64,000 bases of DNA from Heterodontus francisci (Eukaryota), in assembly GCF_036365525.1 (NCBI RefSeq), contig NC_090399.1:32024430-32088429 (forward strand). The letters are read 5' to 3'. The notes beneath the pieces were generated by a model, which saw only the letters and a list, made by a program, of their open reading frames with translations, searched no databases and was not told the origin of the DNA. The translations under genes and the position numbers were made by a program. Below, one piece after another: positions 47,083-60,255 of this stretch. Position 1 is the stretch's first letter. Each line of letters opens with the position of its first letter.

Positions 47083-50000
47083 GGGTTGGGAGCGTGTGGG
47101 GTGAGGAGCGGGAGCCCGATTGGAGCGAACGGGGTGAGGAGCGGGAGTTGGAGCGTGCGGGGTGAGGAGTGGGAGTTGGAACGAGCAGGGTGAGCCCGAT
47201 TGGAGCGAGCGGGGTGAGGAGCGGGAGTTGGAGCGGGCGGTGTGAGGAGCGGGAGTTGGAGCGAGCGGGGTGAGAAGCGGGAGCCCGATTGGAGCGTGCG
47301 GGGTGAGGAGCGGGAGTTGGAGCGTGCGGGGTGAGGAGCGAGAGTTGGAGCGTGCGGGGTGAGGAGCGGGAGTTGGAGCGTGCGGGGTGAGGAGCGAGAG
47401 TTGGAGCGTGCGGGGTGAGGAGCGGGAGTTGGAGCGTGCGGGGTGAGAAGCGGGAGTTGGAGCGTGCGGGGTGAAAAGCGGGAGTTGGAGCGAGCGGGGT
47501 GAGGAGCGGGAGCCCGATTGGAGCGTGCGGGGTGAGATGCGGGAGTTGGAGCGAGCGGGGTGAGAAGCGGGAGTTGGAGCAAGCGGGGTGAGGAGCGGGA
47601 GTTGGAGCGTGCGAGGTGAGGAGTGGGAGTTGGAACGAGCAGGGTGAGCCCGATTGGAGTGAGCGGGGTGAGGAGCGGGAGTTGGAGCGGGCGGGGTGAG
47701 GAGCGGGAGTTGGAGCGGGCGGTGTGAGATGCGGGAGTTGGAGCGAGCGGGGTGAGAAGCGGGAGCCCGATTGGGGCGTGCGGGGTGAGGTGCGGGAGTT
47801 GGAGCGTGCGGGGTGAGGAGCGAGAGTTGGAGCGTGCGGGGTGAGGAGCGAGAGTTGGAGCGTGCGGGGTGAGGAGCGAGAGTTGGAGCGTGCGGGGTGA
47901 GGAGCGGGAGTTGGAGCGTGCGGGGTGAGGAGCGAGAGTTGGAGCGTGCAGGGTGAGGAGCGGGAGTTGGAGCGTGCGGGGTGAGGAGCGAGAGTTGGAG
48001 CGTGCGGGGTGAGGAGCGGGAGTTGGAGCGTGCGGGGTGAGAAGCGGGAGTTGGAGCGTGCGGGGTGAGAAGCGGGAGTTGGAGCGTGCGGGGTGAGAAG
48101 CGGGAGTTGGAGCGAGCGGGGTGAGGAGCGGGAGCCCGATTGGAGCGTGCGGGGTGAGGAGTGGGAGTTGGAGCGTGCGGGGTGAGGAGCGAGAGTTGGA
48201 GCGTGCGGGGTGAGAAGCGGGAGTTGGAGCGAGCGGGGTGAGGAGCGGGAGCCCGATTGGAGCGTGCGGGGTGAGTTGCGGCAGCCCGATTGGAGCGTGC
48301 AGGGTGAGGAGCGGGAGTTGGAGCGTGCGGGGTGAGGAGCGAGAGTTGGAGCGTGCAGGGTGAGGAGCGGGAGTTGGAGCGTGCGGGGTGAGGAGCGAGA
48401 TTTGGAGCGTGCGGGGTGAGAAGCGGGAGTTGGAGCGTGCGGGGTGAGAAGCGGGAGTTGGAGCGTGCGGGGTGAGAAGCGGGAGTTGGAGCGAGCGGGG
48501 TGAGGAGCGGGAGCCCGATTGGAGCGTGCGGGGTGAGGAGCGGGAGTTGGAGCGTGCGGGGTGAGGAGCGAGAGTTGGAGCGTGCGGGGTGAGGACGAGA
48601 GTTGGAGCGTGCGGTGTGAGGAGCGGGAGTTGGAGCGTGCGGGGTGAGAAGCGGGAGTTGGAGCGAGCGGGGTGAGGAGCGGGAGCCCGATTGGAGCGTG
48701 CGGGGTGAGATGCGGCAGCCCGATTGGAGCGTGCAGGGTGAGGAGCGGGAGTTGGAGCGTGCGGGGTGAGGAGCGGGAGTTGGAGCGAGCGGGGTGAGAA
48801 GCGGGAGTTGGAGCGTGCGGGGTGAGGAGCGGGAGTTGGAGCGTGCGGGGTGAGAAGCGGGAGTTGGAGCGAGCGGGGTGAGGAGCCGGAGCCCGATTGG
48901 AGCGTGCGGGGTGAGATGCGGGAGCCCGATTGGAGCGTGCGGGGTGAGGAGCGGGAGCCCGATTGGAGCGTGCGGGGTGAGATGCGGGAGCTGGAGCGAG
49001 CGGGGTGAGAAGCGGGAGTTGGAACGAGCAGGGTGAGGAGCGGGAGCCCGATTGGAGCGAGCGGGGTGAGGAGCGGAAGTTGGAGCGGGCGGGGTGAGGA
49101 GCGGGAGTTGGAGCGGGCGGGGTGAGGAGCGGGAGTTGGAGCGGGCGGGGTGAGGAGCGGGAGTTGGAGCGAGCGGGGTGAGAAGCGGGAGCCCGATTGG
49201 AGCGTGCGTGGTGAGATGCGGGAGTTGGAGCGAGCGGGGTGAGATGCGGGAGTTGGAGCGAGCGGGGTGAGATGCGGGAGTTGGAGCGTGCGGGGTGAGA
49301 TGCGGGAGTTGGAGCGAGCGGGGTGAGATGCGGGAGTTGGAGCGAGCGGGGTGAGATGCGCGAGTTGGAGCGAGCGGGGTGAGATGCGGGAGTTGGAGCG
49401 AGCGGGGTGAGATGCGGGAGTTGGAGCGTGCGGGGTGAGGAGCAGGAGTTGGAGCGTGCGGGGTGAGGAGCGGGAGTTGGAGCGAGCGGGGTGAGGAGCG
49501 GGATTTGGAGCGAGTGGGGTGAGGAGCGGGAGCCCTATTGGAGCGTGCGGGTTGAGATTCGGGAGTTGGAGCGAGCGGGGTGAGGAGCGGGAGCCCAATT
49601 GGAGCGCGCGGGGTGAGATGCGGGAGTTGGAGCGAGCGGGGTGAGGAGCGGGAGCCCTATTGGAGCGTGCGGGGTGAGATGCGGGAGTTGGAGTTGGAGC
49701 GTGCGGGGTGAGGAGCGGGAGTTGGAGCGAGCGGGGTGAGGAGCGGGAGCCCGATTGGAGCGTGCGGGGTGAGATACGGGAGTTGGAGTTGGAGCGTGCG
49801 GGGTGAGGAGTGGGAGTTGGAGCATGCGGGTTGAGGAGCGGGAGCGGGAGTTGGAGCGAGCGGGGTGAGGAGCGGGAGTTGGAGCTTGCTGGGAGAGGAG
49901 CGGGAGTTGGAGCGTGCAGGGTGAGGAGCGGAAGTTGGAGCGTGCGGGGTGAGGAGCGGAAGCGGGAGTTGGAGCGTGAGGGGTGTGGAGCGGGAGCGGG

Positions 50001-53000
50001 AGTTGGAGCATGCGGGGTGAGGAGCTGGAGTTGGAGCGTGCGGGGTGAGGAGCGGGAGTTGGAGCGTGAGGGGTGCGGAGCGGGAGTTGGAGCGTGCGGG
50101 GTGAGATGCGGGAGTTGGATGGTGCGGGGTGCGGTGAGGTGAGGGACCGCGAACGGAGCGTTCGGGGTGAGAGCGGGACCGCGAGTCAGAGCGTGAGTCG
50201 GAGCGTGCTGGACAGTGTTCGGACCATGTGGGGTGAGTAGCGGGAGCGCAAGTCAGAGGGTGCGGGGTGCAGAGCGGGAGCACGAGTCGGAGCATGCGAT
50301 GAGTGGTGTCGGAGTGCGAGTCGGAGCATGCACTGTACGGAGCAGGAGCACGAGTGGGAGCGTGCAGAGCGGGAGCGGGAGTCGGAGCGTGTCGGGTGCT
50401 AAGCGGGAGCACGAGTCGGAGTGTGCGGAGGGCGGTGCGGGAGCGCGAGTCGGAGCGTGCGGGGTGCGGTGCGGGAGCGCGAGTCGGAGCATGCGGGGTG
50501 CTGAGCGGGAGCGAGTGTCAGAGCGTGCAGAGCGGGAGCGTGAGTCGGAGCAAGCGGGGTGCGGGGTGCAGAGCGGGAGCGCGAGTCGGAGCGTGTGGGG
50601 CGCGAGTGGGAGATCGAGTCAGAGCGTACGGGGTGCGGAGCGGGAGCGCGTGTTGGAGCGTGTGGGGTGCGGAGCGGGAGCGCGAGTCGGAGCGTACGGG
50701 GTGCGGAGCTGGAGCGCGTGTTGGAGCGAGTGCTGTGCGGAGCGGGAGCGCGAGTCGGAGCGTACGGGGTGCGGAGCGGGAGCGCGAGTCGGAGCGTACG
50801 GGGGCGGAGCAGGAGCGCAAGTCGGAGCGTGCGGAGCGGGAGCGTGAGTCGGAGCGTGCAGGGTGCGGAGCGGGAGCGCGAGTCGGAGCGTGCGCTGTGC
50901 AGAGTGGGTCTGCGTGACGGAGAGTGCGGGTTGCGGAGCGGGACAGGGATGTGAACGAGCGGAGTGGGAACACGATCGGAGCGTTCGGGGTGCGGTGCGG
51001 GACTGCGAGTCGGAGGGTGTGGGGTGCGCTGAGGGACCGCGAACGGTGCGTTCGGGGTGAGAGTGGGACCGCGAGTCGGAGCATGCCGGACCGTGATCGG
51101 ACCATGTGGGGTGCGGAGCGAGAGCGCGAGTCGGAGCGTACGGGGTGCGGAGCTGGAGCGCGTGTCGGAGCGAGTGCTGTGCGGAGCGGGAGCGCGAGTC
51201 GGTGCGTACGGGGTGCGGAGCGGGAGCGCGAGTCGGAGCGCACGGGGGGCGGAGCGGGAGCGCAAGTCGGAGCGTGCGGAGCGGGAGCGTGAGTCGGAGC
51301 ATGCAGGGTGCGGAGCGGGAGCGCGAGTCGGAGCGTGCGCTGTGCGGAGTGGGTCTGCGTGACGGAGAGTGCGAGTTGCGGAGCGGGACAGGGATGTGAA
51401 CGTGCGGAGTGGGAACACGATCGGAGCGTTCGGGGTGCGGTGCGGGACTGCGAGTCGGAGGGTGTGGGGTGCGCTGAGGGACCGCGAACGGAGCGTTCGG
51501 GGTGAGAGTGGGACCGCGAGTCGGAGCATGCCGGACCGTGATCGGACCATGTGGGGTGCGGAGCGAGAGCGCGAGTCGGAGCGTGCGCTGTGCGGAGTGG
51601 GTCTGCGTGACGGAGAGTGCGGGTTGCGGAGCGGTTCCGCGAGTCGGAGTGAGCGGGGTGCGGAACAGGTCCGCAGGTTGGAGTGAGCGGGGTGTGGAGC
51701 GGGACTGCGATTCGGAGTTAGTGGGGTGCGGAGTGGGTCCGCGAGTCGGAGTAAGCGGGGAGTGGAGCGAGTCCGTGAGTCGGAGTGGAGGGGTGCGGAG
51801 TGTGTCGGAGTGTGCGGGGTGAGGAGCGGGTCCGCGAGTCGGAGTGAGCGGGGTGCGGAGCGTGTCGGAATGAGCGGTGTGCGGTGCGGGAATGCGAGTC
51901 GGAGTGTGCGGGGTGAGGAGTGGGTCCGCGAGTCGGAGTGAGTGGGATGCGGAGCGTGTCGGAGTGTGCGGGGTGAGGTGCGGGTCCGCGAGTCGGAGTG
52001 TGCGGGGTGAGGAGCGGGTCCGCGAGTCGGAGTGAGCGGGGAGTGGAGCGAGTCCGTGAGTCGGAGTGGTGGGGTGAGGAGCGGGTCCGCGAGTCGGAGT
52101 GAGTGGTTTGAGGAGCGGGTCCGCGAGTCGGAGTGAGCGGGGTGCAGAGCGTGTCGGAGTGAGCGGGGTGCAGAGCGTGTCGGAGTGAGCGGGGTGAGGA
52201 GCGGGTCGGAGTGAGCGGGGTGAGGAGTGGGTCGGTGTGAGCGGGGTGAGGAGCGGGTCCGCGAGTCAGAGTGAGCGGGGTGCGAGCGAGTGGGAGTGAG
52301 CGGGGTGAGGAGCGGGTCCGCGAGTGGGTGTGAGCGGGGTGAGGAGCGGGTCCGCGACTGGGAGTGAGCGCGGCGAGGAGCGGGTCCGCGAGTCGGAGTA
52401 AGCGGGGAGTGGAGCGAGACCGCGAGTGGGAGTGAGCGGGGTGCGGTGCGGGACCACGATGCAGACTGAGCGGGGTGCCGAGCGGGACCGCGAGTGGGAG
52501 TGGGAGTGAGCGGGGTGCGGAGCGAGTGGGAGTGAGCGGGGTGCGGAGAGGGAATGCGAGTCGGAGTGAGCGGGGGGCGGTGCGGAGCATGTCGGTGTGA
52601 GCGGGGTGAGGAGCGGGTCCGCGAGCCGGAGTAAGCGGGGAGTGGAGCGAGACCGCGAGTCGGAGTGAGCGGGGTGCGGTGCGGGACCACGATGCAGAGT
52701 GAGCGGGGTGCGGTGCGGGACCGCGAGTGGGAGTGGGAGTGAGCGGGGTGCGGAGCGAGTGGGAGTGAGCGGGGTGCGGAGAGGGAATGCGAGTCGGAGT
52801 GAGCGGGGAGTGGAGCAAGACCGCGAGTCGGAGTGAGCGGGGTGCGGTGCGGGACCACGATGCAGAGTGAGCGGGGTGCGGTGCGGGACCGCGAGTGGGA
52901 GTGGGAGTGAGCGGGGTGAGGAGCGGGTCCGCGAGTCGGAGTGAGTGGGGTGCGGAGCGTGTCGGAGTGAGCGGGGAGCGTTGCGGGTCCGCGAGTGGGA

Positions 53001-53871
53001 GTGGGAGTGAGCGGGGTGCGGTGTGGGACCGCGAGTGGGAATGGGAATGTGCGGGGTGCGGTGCGGGACCGCGAGTGGGAGTGGGAATATGCGGTGGGCG
53101 GTGCGGGACCGCGAGTGGGAGTGAGCGGGGTGCGGTGTGGGTCCTCGAAAGGAGTGAAGGGTGCGGTGCGGGTCCGCGAGTCGGAGTAAGCGGGGAGTGG
53201 AGCGAGACCGCGAGTCGGAGTGAGCTGGGTGCGGTTCGGGACCACGATTCAGAGTGAGCGGGGTGCGGAGCGGGACCGCGAGTGGGAGTGGGAGTGAGCG
53301 GGGTGAGGAGCGGGTCCGCGAGTCGGAGTGAGCGGGCTGCGGTGCGTGTCGGAGTGAGCGGGGTGAGGAGCGGGTCCGCGAGTCGGAGTGAGCGGGGTGC
53401 GGGGCGGGAATGCGAGTCGGAGTGAGCGGGGTGCAGAGCGTGTCGGAGTGAGCAGGGTGAGGAGCGGGTCCGCGAGTCGGAGTGAGTGGGGTGCGGAGCG
53501 TGTCGGAGTGAGCGGGGTGCGTTGCGGGTCCGCGAGTGGGAGTGGGAGTGAGCGGGGTGCGGTGTGGGACCGCGAGTGGGCGTGGGAATGTGCGGAGTGC
53601 GGTGCGGGACCGCGAGTGGGAGTGGGAATATGCGGTGGGCGGTGCGGGACCGCGAGTGGGAGTGAGCGGGGTGCGGTGTGGGTCCTCGAAAGGAGTGAAG
53701 GGTGCGGTGCGGGTCCGCGAGTCGGAGTAAGCGGGGAGTGGAGCGAGACCGCGAGTCGGAGTGAGCTGGGTGCGGTTCGGGTCCGCGAGGTGGAACGAGC
53801 GGGGTGCGGAGCGGGACCGTGAATCGGAGTGAGCGGGGTGCGGAGTGGGACGGCGAGTGGGAGTGAGCGGT
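47083..53871. repeat. 6.8-kb G-rich, CpG-rich compound satellite
   Basis: 28-bp unit ggagcgtgcggggtgaggagcgggagtt (33-bp variants with cccga) to about 50110, then ~34-bp units built around gcgagtcggag. Confidence 0.97.
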
Positions 53872-54274
53872 GTGCTGGTAACCAAGATCCCTGTCTTGTC
53901 TTTAAGTAGAGTTGATGTGAGCTCACCTGATTTCTCTGACTTCATCATAAACTTTTAAAAACCTATCTTTACTCCGTTTGTACAGAGTAAAAGGATTAAA
54001 AAGATATAGCCCCTCAGTCAAAAACCTTTACTGCTCTCAGTAAGTGTCTGCTTATAAGTGCTCAAGTAAGTCCCCAATTAACACCCTCCACTGAACATAA
54101 TTAAAAAATTCACACACAATTAACAAATTAATATCCCGGGATATTCCAGTGCAACAGGACCCGCTGTATCCTGGGATGTTATACTACTACAAGGATGCGG
54201 TGTATCCTAGGATATCTCTGATTCTCTCACTCTCTCTCTCTCTGATTCTCTCCCCCTCTCTCTCTCTCCGACAG

Positions 54275-54383
54275 GACTAAAGTCTGGCTTCCAGGTCCCT
54301 GTTACTGTTGGGAATGTACTTGGGATCCGCGGGCTGATTTTCGTTCTTGCTATTGTGCCTATTGCCGTCTATTAAGAGGAAAG
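54275..54383 (+). pseudogene. MHC class I-like transmembrane exon, degenerate
   Basis: Polypyrimidine tract, gacag|GA...AAG|gtagga; LKSGFQVPVTVGNVLGIRGLIFVLAIVPIAVY, then a 1-nt insertion before KRK(G); phase 1-1 once corrected. Confidence 0.7.
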
Positions 54384-54719
54384 GTAGGAATTGGAGAGAA
54401 TTGGAGGAATTGTTAGAGCTGGTCTAGTGATCTCCCCCTCCATTTTAAACAAGTTGAACACTGAAGTAAAACCACTTAACATGCTGTGTATATACAGTGA
54501 TCATAGGGGGAAAAAATGACTGTTCTCAAACTCAAAAGATTCTTCAGTAAAAACATACAATACCCGGAATAAAAAGGGTCAACGTGAACATTAAGAACTA
54601 AGGTTTTAACTTATTTGTATCATAGTTCCTACTATTTTCACTGTGTCTAATGGCAGCTGAGAATAACACCCAAGTGCAGAAAAATACTATCATCTACAGT
54701 TGGTTTTCATCTATTCCTG

Positions 54720-56810
54720 ACACCAAGACCTCAAATCATTTCTTGGAACACATAGTAAGCAGTAAAGGTATTATGGCAGGCTCACAGAAGACACAAGCCA
54801 TTACAAAATTCCCTACTGCTACTTCCATTCAGCAGCTCCAAAGGTTTATAGGAATGGTGAATCAGCTCCATTTAGCACAAGTAACAGAACTGTTAAGACA
54901 ACTTCTCAAAAAAGATCAAGCATGGTGTTGCAGTTCACATCAAGAACAAGCATTTAGGAAGATTAAAGAAATATTCATATCGCCGGACATCTTGGCACAC
55001 TACAACCCTACACTACTAACAATGATAGCTGCAGACACCTTCTCTACAGTGTTAGGGGCCATCCTTTTCCAGGAGCAACCTGATGGTTCTCGCAGACCAA
55101 TATACTACGCATCTAGAGCTTTGCCTGAGACAGAGACAAGGTATGTGGTAATTGAAAAAGAAGCACTTGCCGTCACATCGGCTTGTGAAAATTTTCTGAT
55201 TCTATTGTTGGATTGAGAGTCGTCATCGAGACAGACCATAAACCTTTGGTATCTTTGTTGGATGAAAAGGAGATTGCAAAAAGTCCTCCAAGAATCCAAA
55301 ATTTCATTTAAGATTGATGAGATGTACATATGAGGCTGTATATGTCCAGAGAAAGATGCAAACGTTCACTGATGCGCTATCAAGAGTGATGGTAGACCAT
55401 CCGACACAACAAGATGTGAATTTTGTTGGCAAGATAGAGTCATAGTCACAGTATACTGCACAAAACTGGGCAGCAAGTATACTGAAAATGCAAGAAATTC
55501 ATCACGCTCAAAAAAGCAATGAAGAATGTATTCATATAAGGCAGTATTTCACACAAGGGTGGCCTAGTGGGAAGACAATGAAAACTTTCTATGAATATAG
55601 AAAATACTTCACAATCATTGATGATTTGCTAGATTATAATTACAGACTAGTCATTCCCAATTCACTTAGATCGGATATCTTGGAACATCTACATCAAGAC
55701 CACACGGGAATAACAAAGTGCGGGGTAAGGGCACAATCATCATTGTGGTGGCCAGGAATATCTAAAGACATTGAAAATGTGATCCAGAATTGTCAGATCT
55801 GTGCAGTATAAAGACCAGAACAGCTTGAACCTCTGTTAGCTACTCAATTTCTGACCAGACCTTGGCAATGTCTATGTATAGATTTATTCATGTTCAATGG
55901 AAAATCCTATATAATCATCATTGATTACTTCTCAAGATGGATAGAAGTGAGAAGGTTATATTCAACAACAACAGAAGCATTTAGAAGAGTTCTACTAGAA
56001 ATCTTTACGACACATGGCATCCCTGATGACGTGCTGTCAGACAACAGACCACAGTCTGCAGATTAATATGTCACACAGTTTGTGACAAGAATGGGATTTC
56101 AATATCTTACAAGTTCACCACGTTATCTACAGTCGAATGAAGTGGAAAGAGGTGTAAAAACCATAAAGTCCTTATTGAAGGAGAATGAAGACCTTCCAAC
56201 CTCACTTCTCATTTATCAATCTACACCGTTGACGTATGAACTATCACCTGCAGAGTTACTGATGGGCAGGAAGTTAAGAACACAACTTCCTGTGTTGCCT
56301 AAAAAAATTGCTTCCAGGATCACATGTCTGGGACTATGACTGGGAAAGAGACTGGGAAAACTCTTATAGAAGGAAGAAACTCGAAATTACAACAAAAGAT
56401 TTCATGCCAGATATTTACTAAAACTAAATGAAGGCCAAAGAGTATGGATACTTGTCCTAGACAGGGAAGGTACTGTCATCCAGAGAGATGAAAACCACCA
56501 GAGATTGTATGTGGTCCACACAACAGAAGGGAACATATGTAGAAATAGGGGAAACATTATTCCTATTCCCCAGAAGCAACAGTCAATCATTCATTATGAA
56601 GACCCAGATGATGATGAAGAAACCCAAAGCAAACAGAATAATACAATCCTTAGTAAAAATGAACCAAGTCAGTGACCCAGACTTACAAAGAAGACTACTG
56701 ATCATCCCAGTCAGACTACAAGAAGATTGGGGACAGTGGTGGTGAAACCTCCTAACAGACTAAATCTGTGAAGTCAGAGACTTGGGGGGGGGGGGGGGGG
56801 GGGGCGGCGG
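54720..56810 (+). mobile_element. Ty3/Gypsy pol remnant (RT end, RNase H, integrase) with a poly-G polypurine tract
   Basis: LQRFIGMVN, RRPIYYASRAL, IEKEALAV, LHQDHTGITKC...WWPGI...CQIC, SPAELLMGRKLRT. Confidence 0.88.
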
Positions 56811-56859
56811 GAGAAAGGGTAGTAGGTAAAGTCAAGAATGTATATGTTGCTTTGGAAGT

Positions 56860-57790
56860 GATTCTGTTTTTTTGTTAAAATATTTTTTGAGGAATTTATA
56901 GTCAAACTGAATAAATGTTGGACCAGTCTTTTTCAAGAGGGCCTGAAAGAAATAGTTTGACAACAATGTTTACTGGTTGTCACATGAGTCAAGTTAAAAA
57001 TAGAAAAGAAACCCTGGTAACAGGGGAAAATGTGTGGAAAATGTGTGTCAGTAGTGCACCCCTTGATTGCACAAGCCCGGGAGCAGCAGACGACATCTGA
57101 GAGAGAAAGCGCACAGGCTTTTGGTTGTAGTGTCAGTGTGTTTTACCTTCTGGAGTGAACACCTGATAAAGTTAGCCTGCTGCTGAAGAAGTGAAGGAAG
57201 GAGAGAAGACCACAACCCAGCTCGTTTTCCAGCATCTCTAAAAGACCCTGAGAAGTCCATTGCGTCAATTCATCTTGTCTCCTGTCTTTGAGGCAAGCCT
57301 GCTAGGCTGGTTCTCAATGCCATCTAGAAAGAACTGTTCTAAAAGCTTTCAGTGACCCGTCTACATGTACGCGGAAGTTAGACTGTACATCAGTTTTGGA
57401 ACACAGTATATCTCATCTGCTGTTTTCTTCAGCCATGTGTTTTTTTTTTGTCTCGAACAGAGCTCTGAACCAACATCCATTTAGTTTTTCCGGTTAACCA
57501 GTGTATTTATGTATGTGTGTGTACGAGCGTGAGGGGCTAAGGTAAAAAGGGGACTTTAAAATTTAAATCTGAGTTTTGCTGCTTTTCTTCATTACAGTTA
57601 AGTCTTGCTTTATAATAAACTGATAATTCTGTTGTTCAATAAAGAAACCTGGTTAGTGTGCTCTATTCTGGAAAAATAGAGTATATTATTGACAGTACCA
57701 GTAAGTGGGAAAATTTAAATATATTTTGTGACTTGTGGAGAAGTGGGACTAGAATAAACACTGCACTCCTCCCGCCTCGGTTGTCATAAT
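56860..57790 (+). mobile_element. Probable solo or partial LTR
   Basis: 3' end ...gtgggactagaataaacactgcactcctcccgcc...gtcataa parallels the LTR end at about 37490-37580. Confidence 0.5.
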
Positions 57791-59640
57791 GTTAATAAAA
57801 TGTATGGATAAAGACTTGGGGACCGGGGCGGGAGTGGTGGTGGGAGATGTAGTGTATGGACATGAAAGGGTTAATGCAGGAGACAGTGAGAGCAGCCCCT
57901 TCCACTGTAGAGATAATGATGCAACAGTCACATGGTAATGGTTTTGGGAGCAGAGAGCAGCAGCATGAAGAATGCTCGCTGGAGAGGCTTGAGGAGGGTG
58001 TAAATAATAAGTTATTAATTGACCTTATCAAGCCTCCGAGACTTCATCAATAACGCCCAAGCTACGCTACAACTACAACAACAACACACAACATTTATTA
58101 CACCGCGAATAAAAAACACAATGAGCAGTGGGTAAGGGGGTGGATGAATCAGAAGTTAGAACAAGTAAGATCCCAAAAGGCCATGTGATCCAGCCCCTGG
58201 GTGTATGTCCCACAGCACCCCCATGGAGGAACGAGGGGAGCCCACAGTCTGGGCCCCCTGCCTGGCACTGCCCTAAAACCCAGACTCAATCAGCTCCAGG
58301 GTGTTGGAACTGTGGCCAAAAAGGCCATTTTTCCAGGCAATGTCCAAATGGGGGATCTAGCAGGCCTCATGGGAACGGCCCGATAGGAAGAGGGACCGAT
58401 GAGCTGAAACATTTGTGGAAAGAGGTTGAGGAATGAAAACAACTTATGAGGGAATCTGGGAAGGTGGGGCAGGTGTACGCCACAAAACACAGGCCAAGTG
58501 TGACCATTGGTGGCTACTCCGGTACAGGGGTCTGTGAGTGAGTTACATTCAGACCCCTACGGCTGGCCCCATGGAACCACATCAGTAGGGGGCATCTCCT
58601 GAATGTTGTTGGTCGATACCGGGGCAACCTACACATGTTTATGGAGAGAAATTCCACAGACATTTGATAATCTAGGAGTGATAGAATTAGAAGGCTTTGG
58701 GGGAGGAATTGACCGCAGTCAGTCAGTAGAAACCAGCCTGACCTTGATCATCCGTCACCCAGTACTTTGTACAAAGAGACACAGCGAGGAGTCAGATGGC
58801 AGATTAGGGCTGGATTGGCTCTGGAAACATGATATTGTGCTAGACATGATTAATCAATGTCTGTGCTGAGGGAATATGGACACAGGAGAGAAGGTAGTAG
58901 TTCGACTCGGAGGGAAAATTTCGTCTGTGGGAGTAAGGGTTGAATCTTGCCTTGACCAACTTCTCAGACACAATTTGCTGGAGGTTGAGGGGGTGGTCAA
59001 GCAGGCTGCATGTTGGGGCCAGACATAAAAATGAGTGGGGAGGGTGAACCAGGAAGTTGATATACAAGGCCCAGGCCCCATCAGGCCCACTAGACAGTAC
59101 TGGTTTCCGAAGGAACCAGAGGAACCATGTTCTGTCTCCCCAGTTGACCCAGTCAAAGTCAGAAGAAAATTGTTATTACCAGTTCACCTGCACAATGTTA
59201 TAGAAATACAGTTGGAGATGCCCCTTCAGGAGGAAGCCCTAAGGTCAGTGTCCACTTTGCTCACCCGATTCCCTTGCCCTTCACTTAGTTTGAAGTCAAT
59301 CCTTCAATGTACAACTACCTCACAAGAACATTTGGTTTGTATGCAGAAGGATAATAAAGATATCAAGAAAAGAATCAAAACCTTAGGAGACCACAAATGG
59401 TGGGAAATGGTATATGGGTCAATCTGTCTGGGCTCATTTGCTTTCTTATGTTTTCTTAGTTGTTCCAGTTGTGTTGACCATCACTTGTCATTATTGTTTG
59501 GATACGTATAGACAGCATGCATCAGCGGTTGGAGGATCAGCTGCAGGTCTGGCAAGACCTGTCCACTTATGGGGGCCTTTTGAACAGTCCCCATGAGTAT
59601 ACAAAGCTCACACACAATTAGTAGAGTCTGTAAAATTATT
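57790..59640 (+). mobile_element. Heavily deleted retrovirus-like remnant (gag knuckle, protease, RT start, possible env tail)
   Basis: CWNCGQKGHFSRQC; LLVDTGATYT; PTRQYWFPKE; HKWWEMVYG followed by a hydrophobic stretch. Confidence 0.6.
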
Positions 59641-59794
59641 AGTAGATAATTTGGTGCTGTGTAATTTGTACATTTGTAGTTTGAAGGTGATCAGGCTGAG
59701 AGTTGTACACAAAATATACGAACCAGAATTGAAAACTAAGTTGCATGAGGAGGATCGTTAGAATTTGCCTGAGTCCCAAAGTTAATCTGATTAT

Positions 59795-60255
59795 CAGAAT
59801 TTGGAATAAAAACAAGAAATGCTGGAACCACTCAGCAGGTCTGGCAGCATCTGTGAAAAGAGAAGCAGAGTTAACGTTTCGGGTCAGTGACCCTTCATCG
59901 GAACTGACAAATATTAGAAAAGTCACAGGTTATAAGCAAGTGAGGTGGGGGTGGAGCAAGAGATAACAAAGGAGAAGGTGTAGATTGGACAAGGCCACAT
60001 AGCTGACCAAAAGGTCATGGAGCAAAGGCAAACAATATGTTAATGGTGTGTTGAAAGACAAAGCATTAGTACAGATTAGGTGTTAATGAAATAAAAACAA
60101 GAAATGCTGGAATCACTCAGCAGGTCTGTCACTGACCCGAAACATTAACTCTGCTTCTCTTTTCACAGATGCTGCCAGACCTGCTGAGTGATTCCAGCAT
60201 TTCTTGTTTTTATTTCAGATTTCCAGCATCCGCAGTATTTTGCTTTTATTTTAGG
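59795..60255. mobile_element. Penelope-like termini, including a nested foldback copy (about 60090-60250)
   Basis: Same terminal sequence in both orientations; direct repeat taggtgttaatgaa on both sides of the nested copy; hammerhead-like motif at 59869-59905 (-). Confidence 0.75.

Noticed and set aside
47067-53948. Very long ORFs (843, 948 and 560 aa) on the minus strand
   Set aside because: Products of a stop-poor satellite; periodic, open in several frames, no recognisable domain
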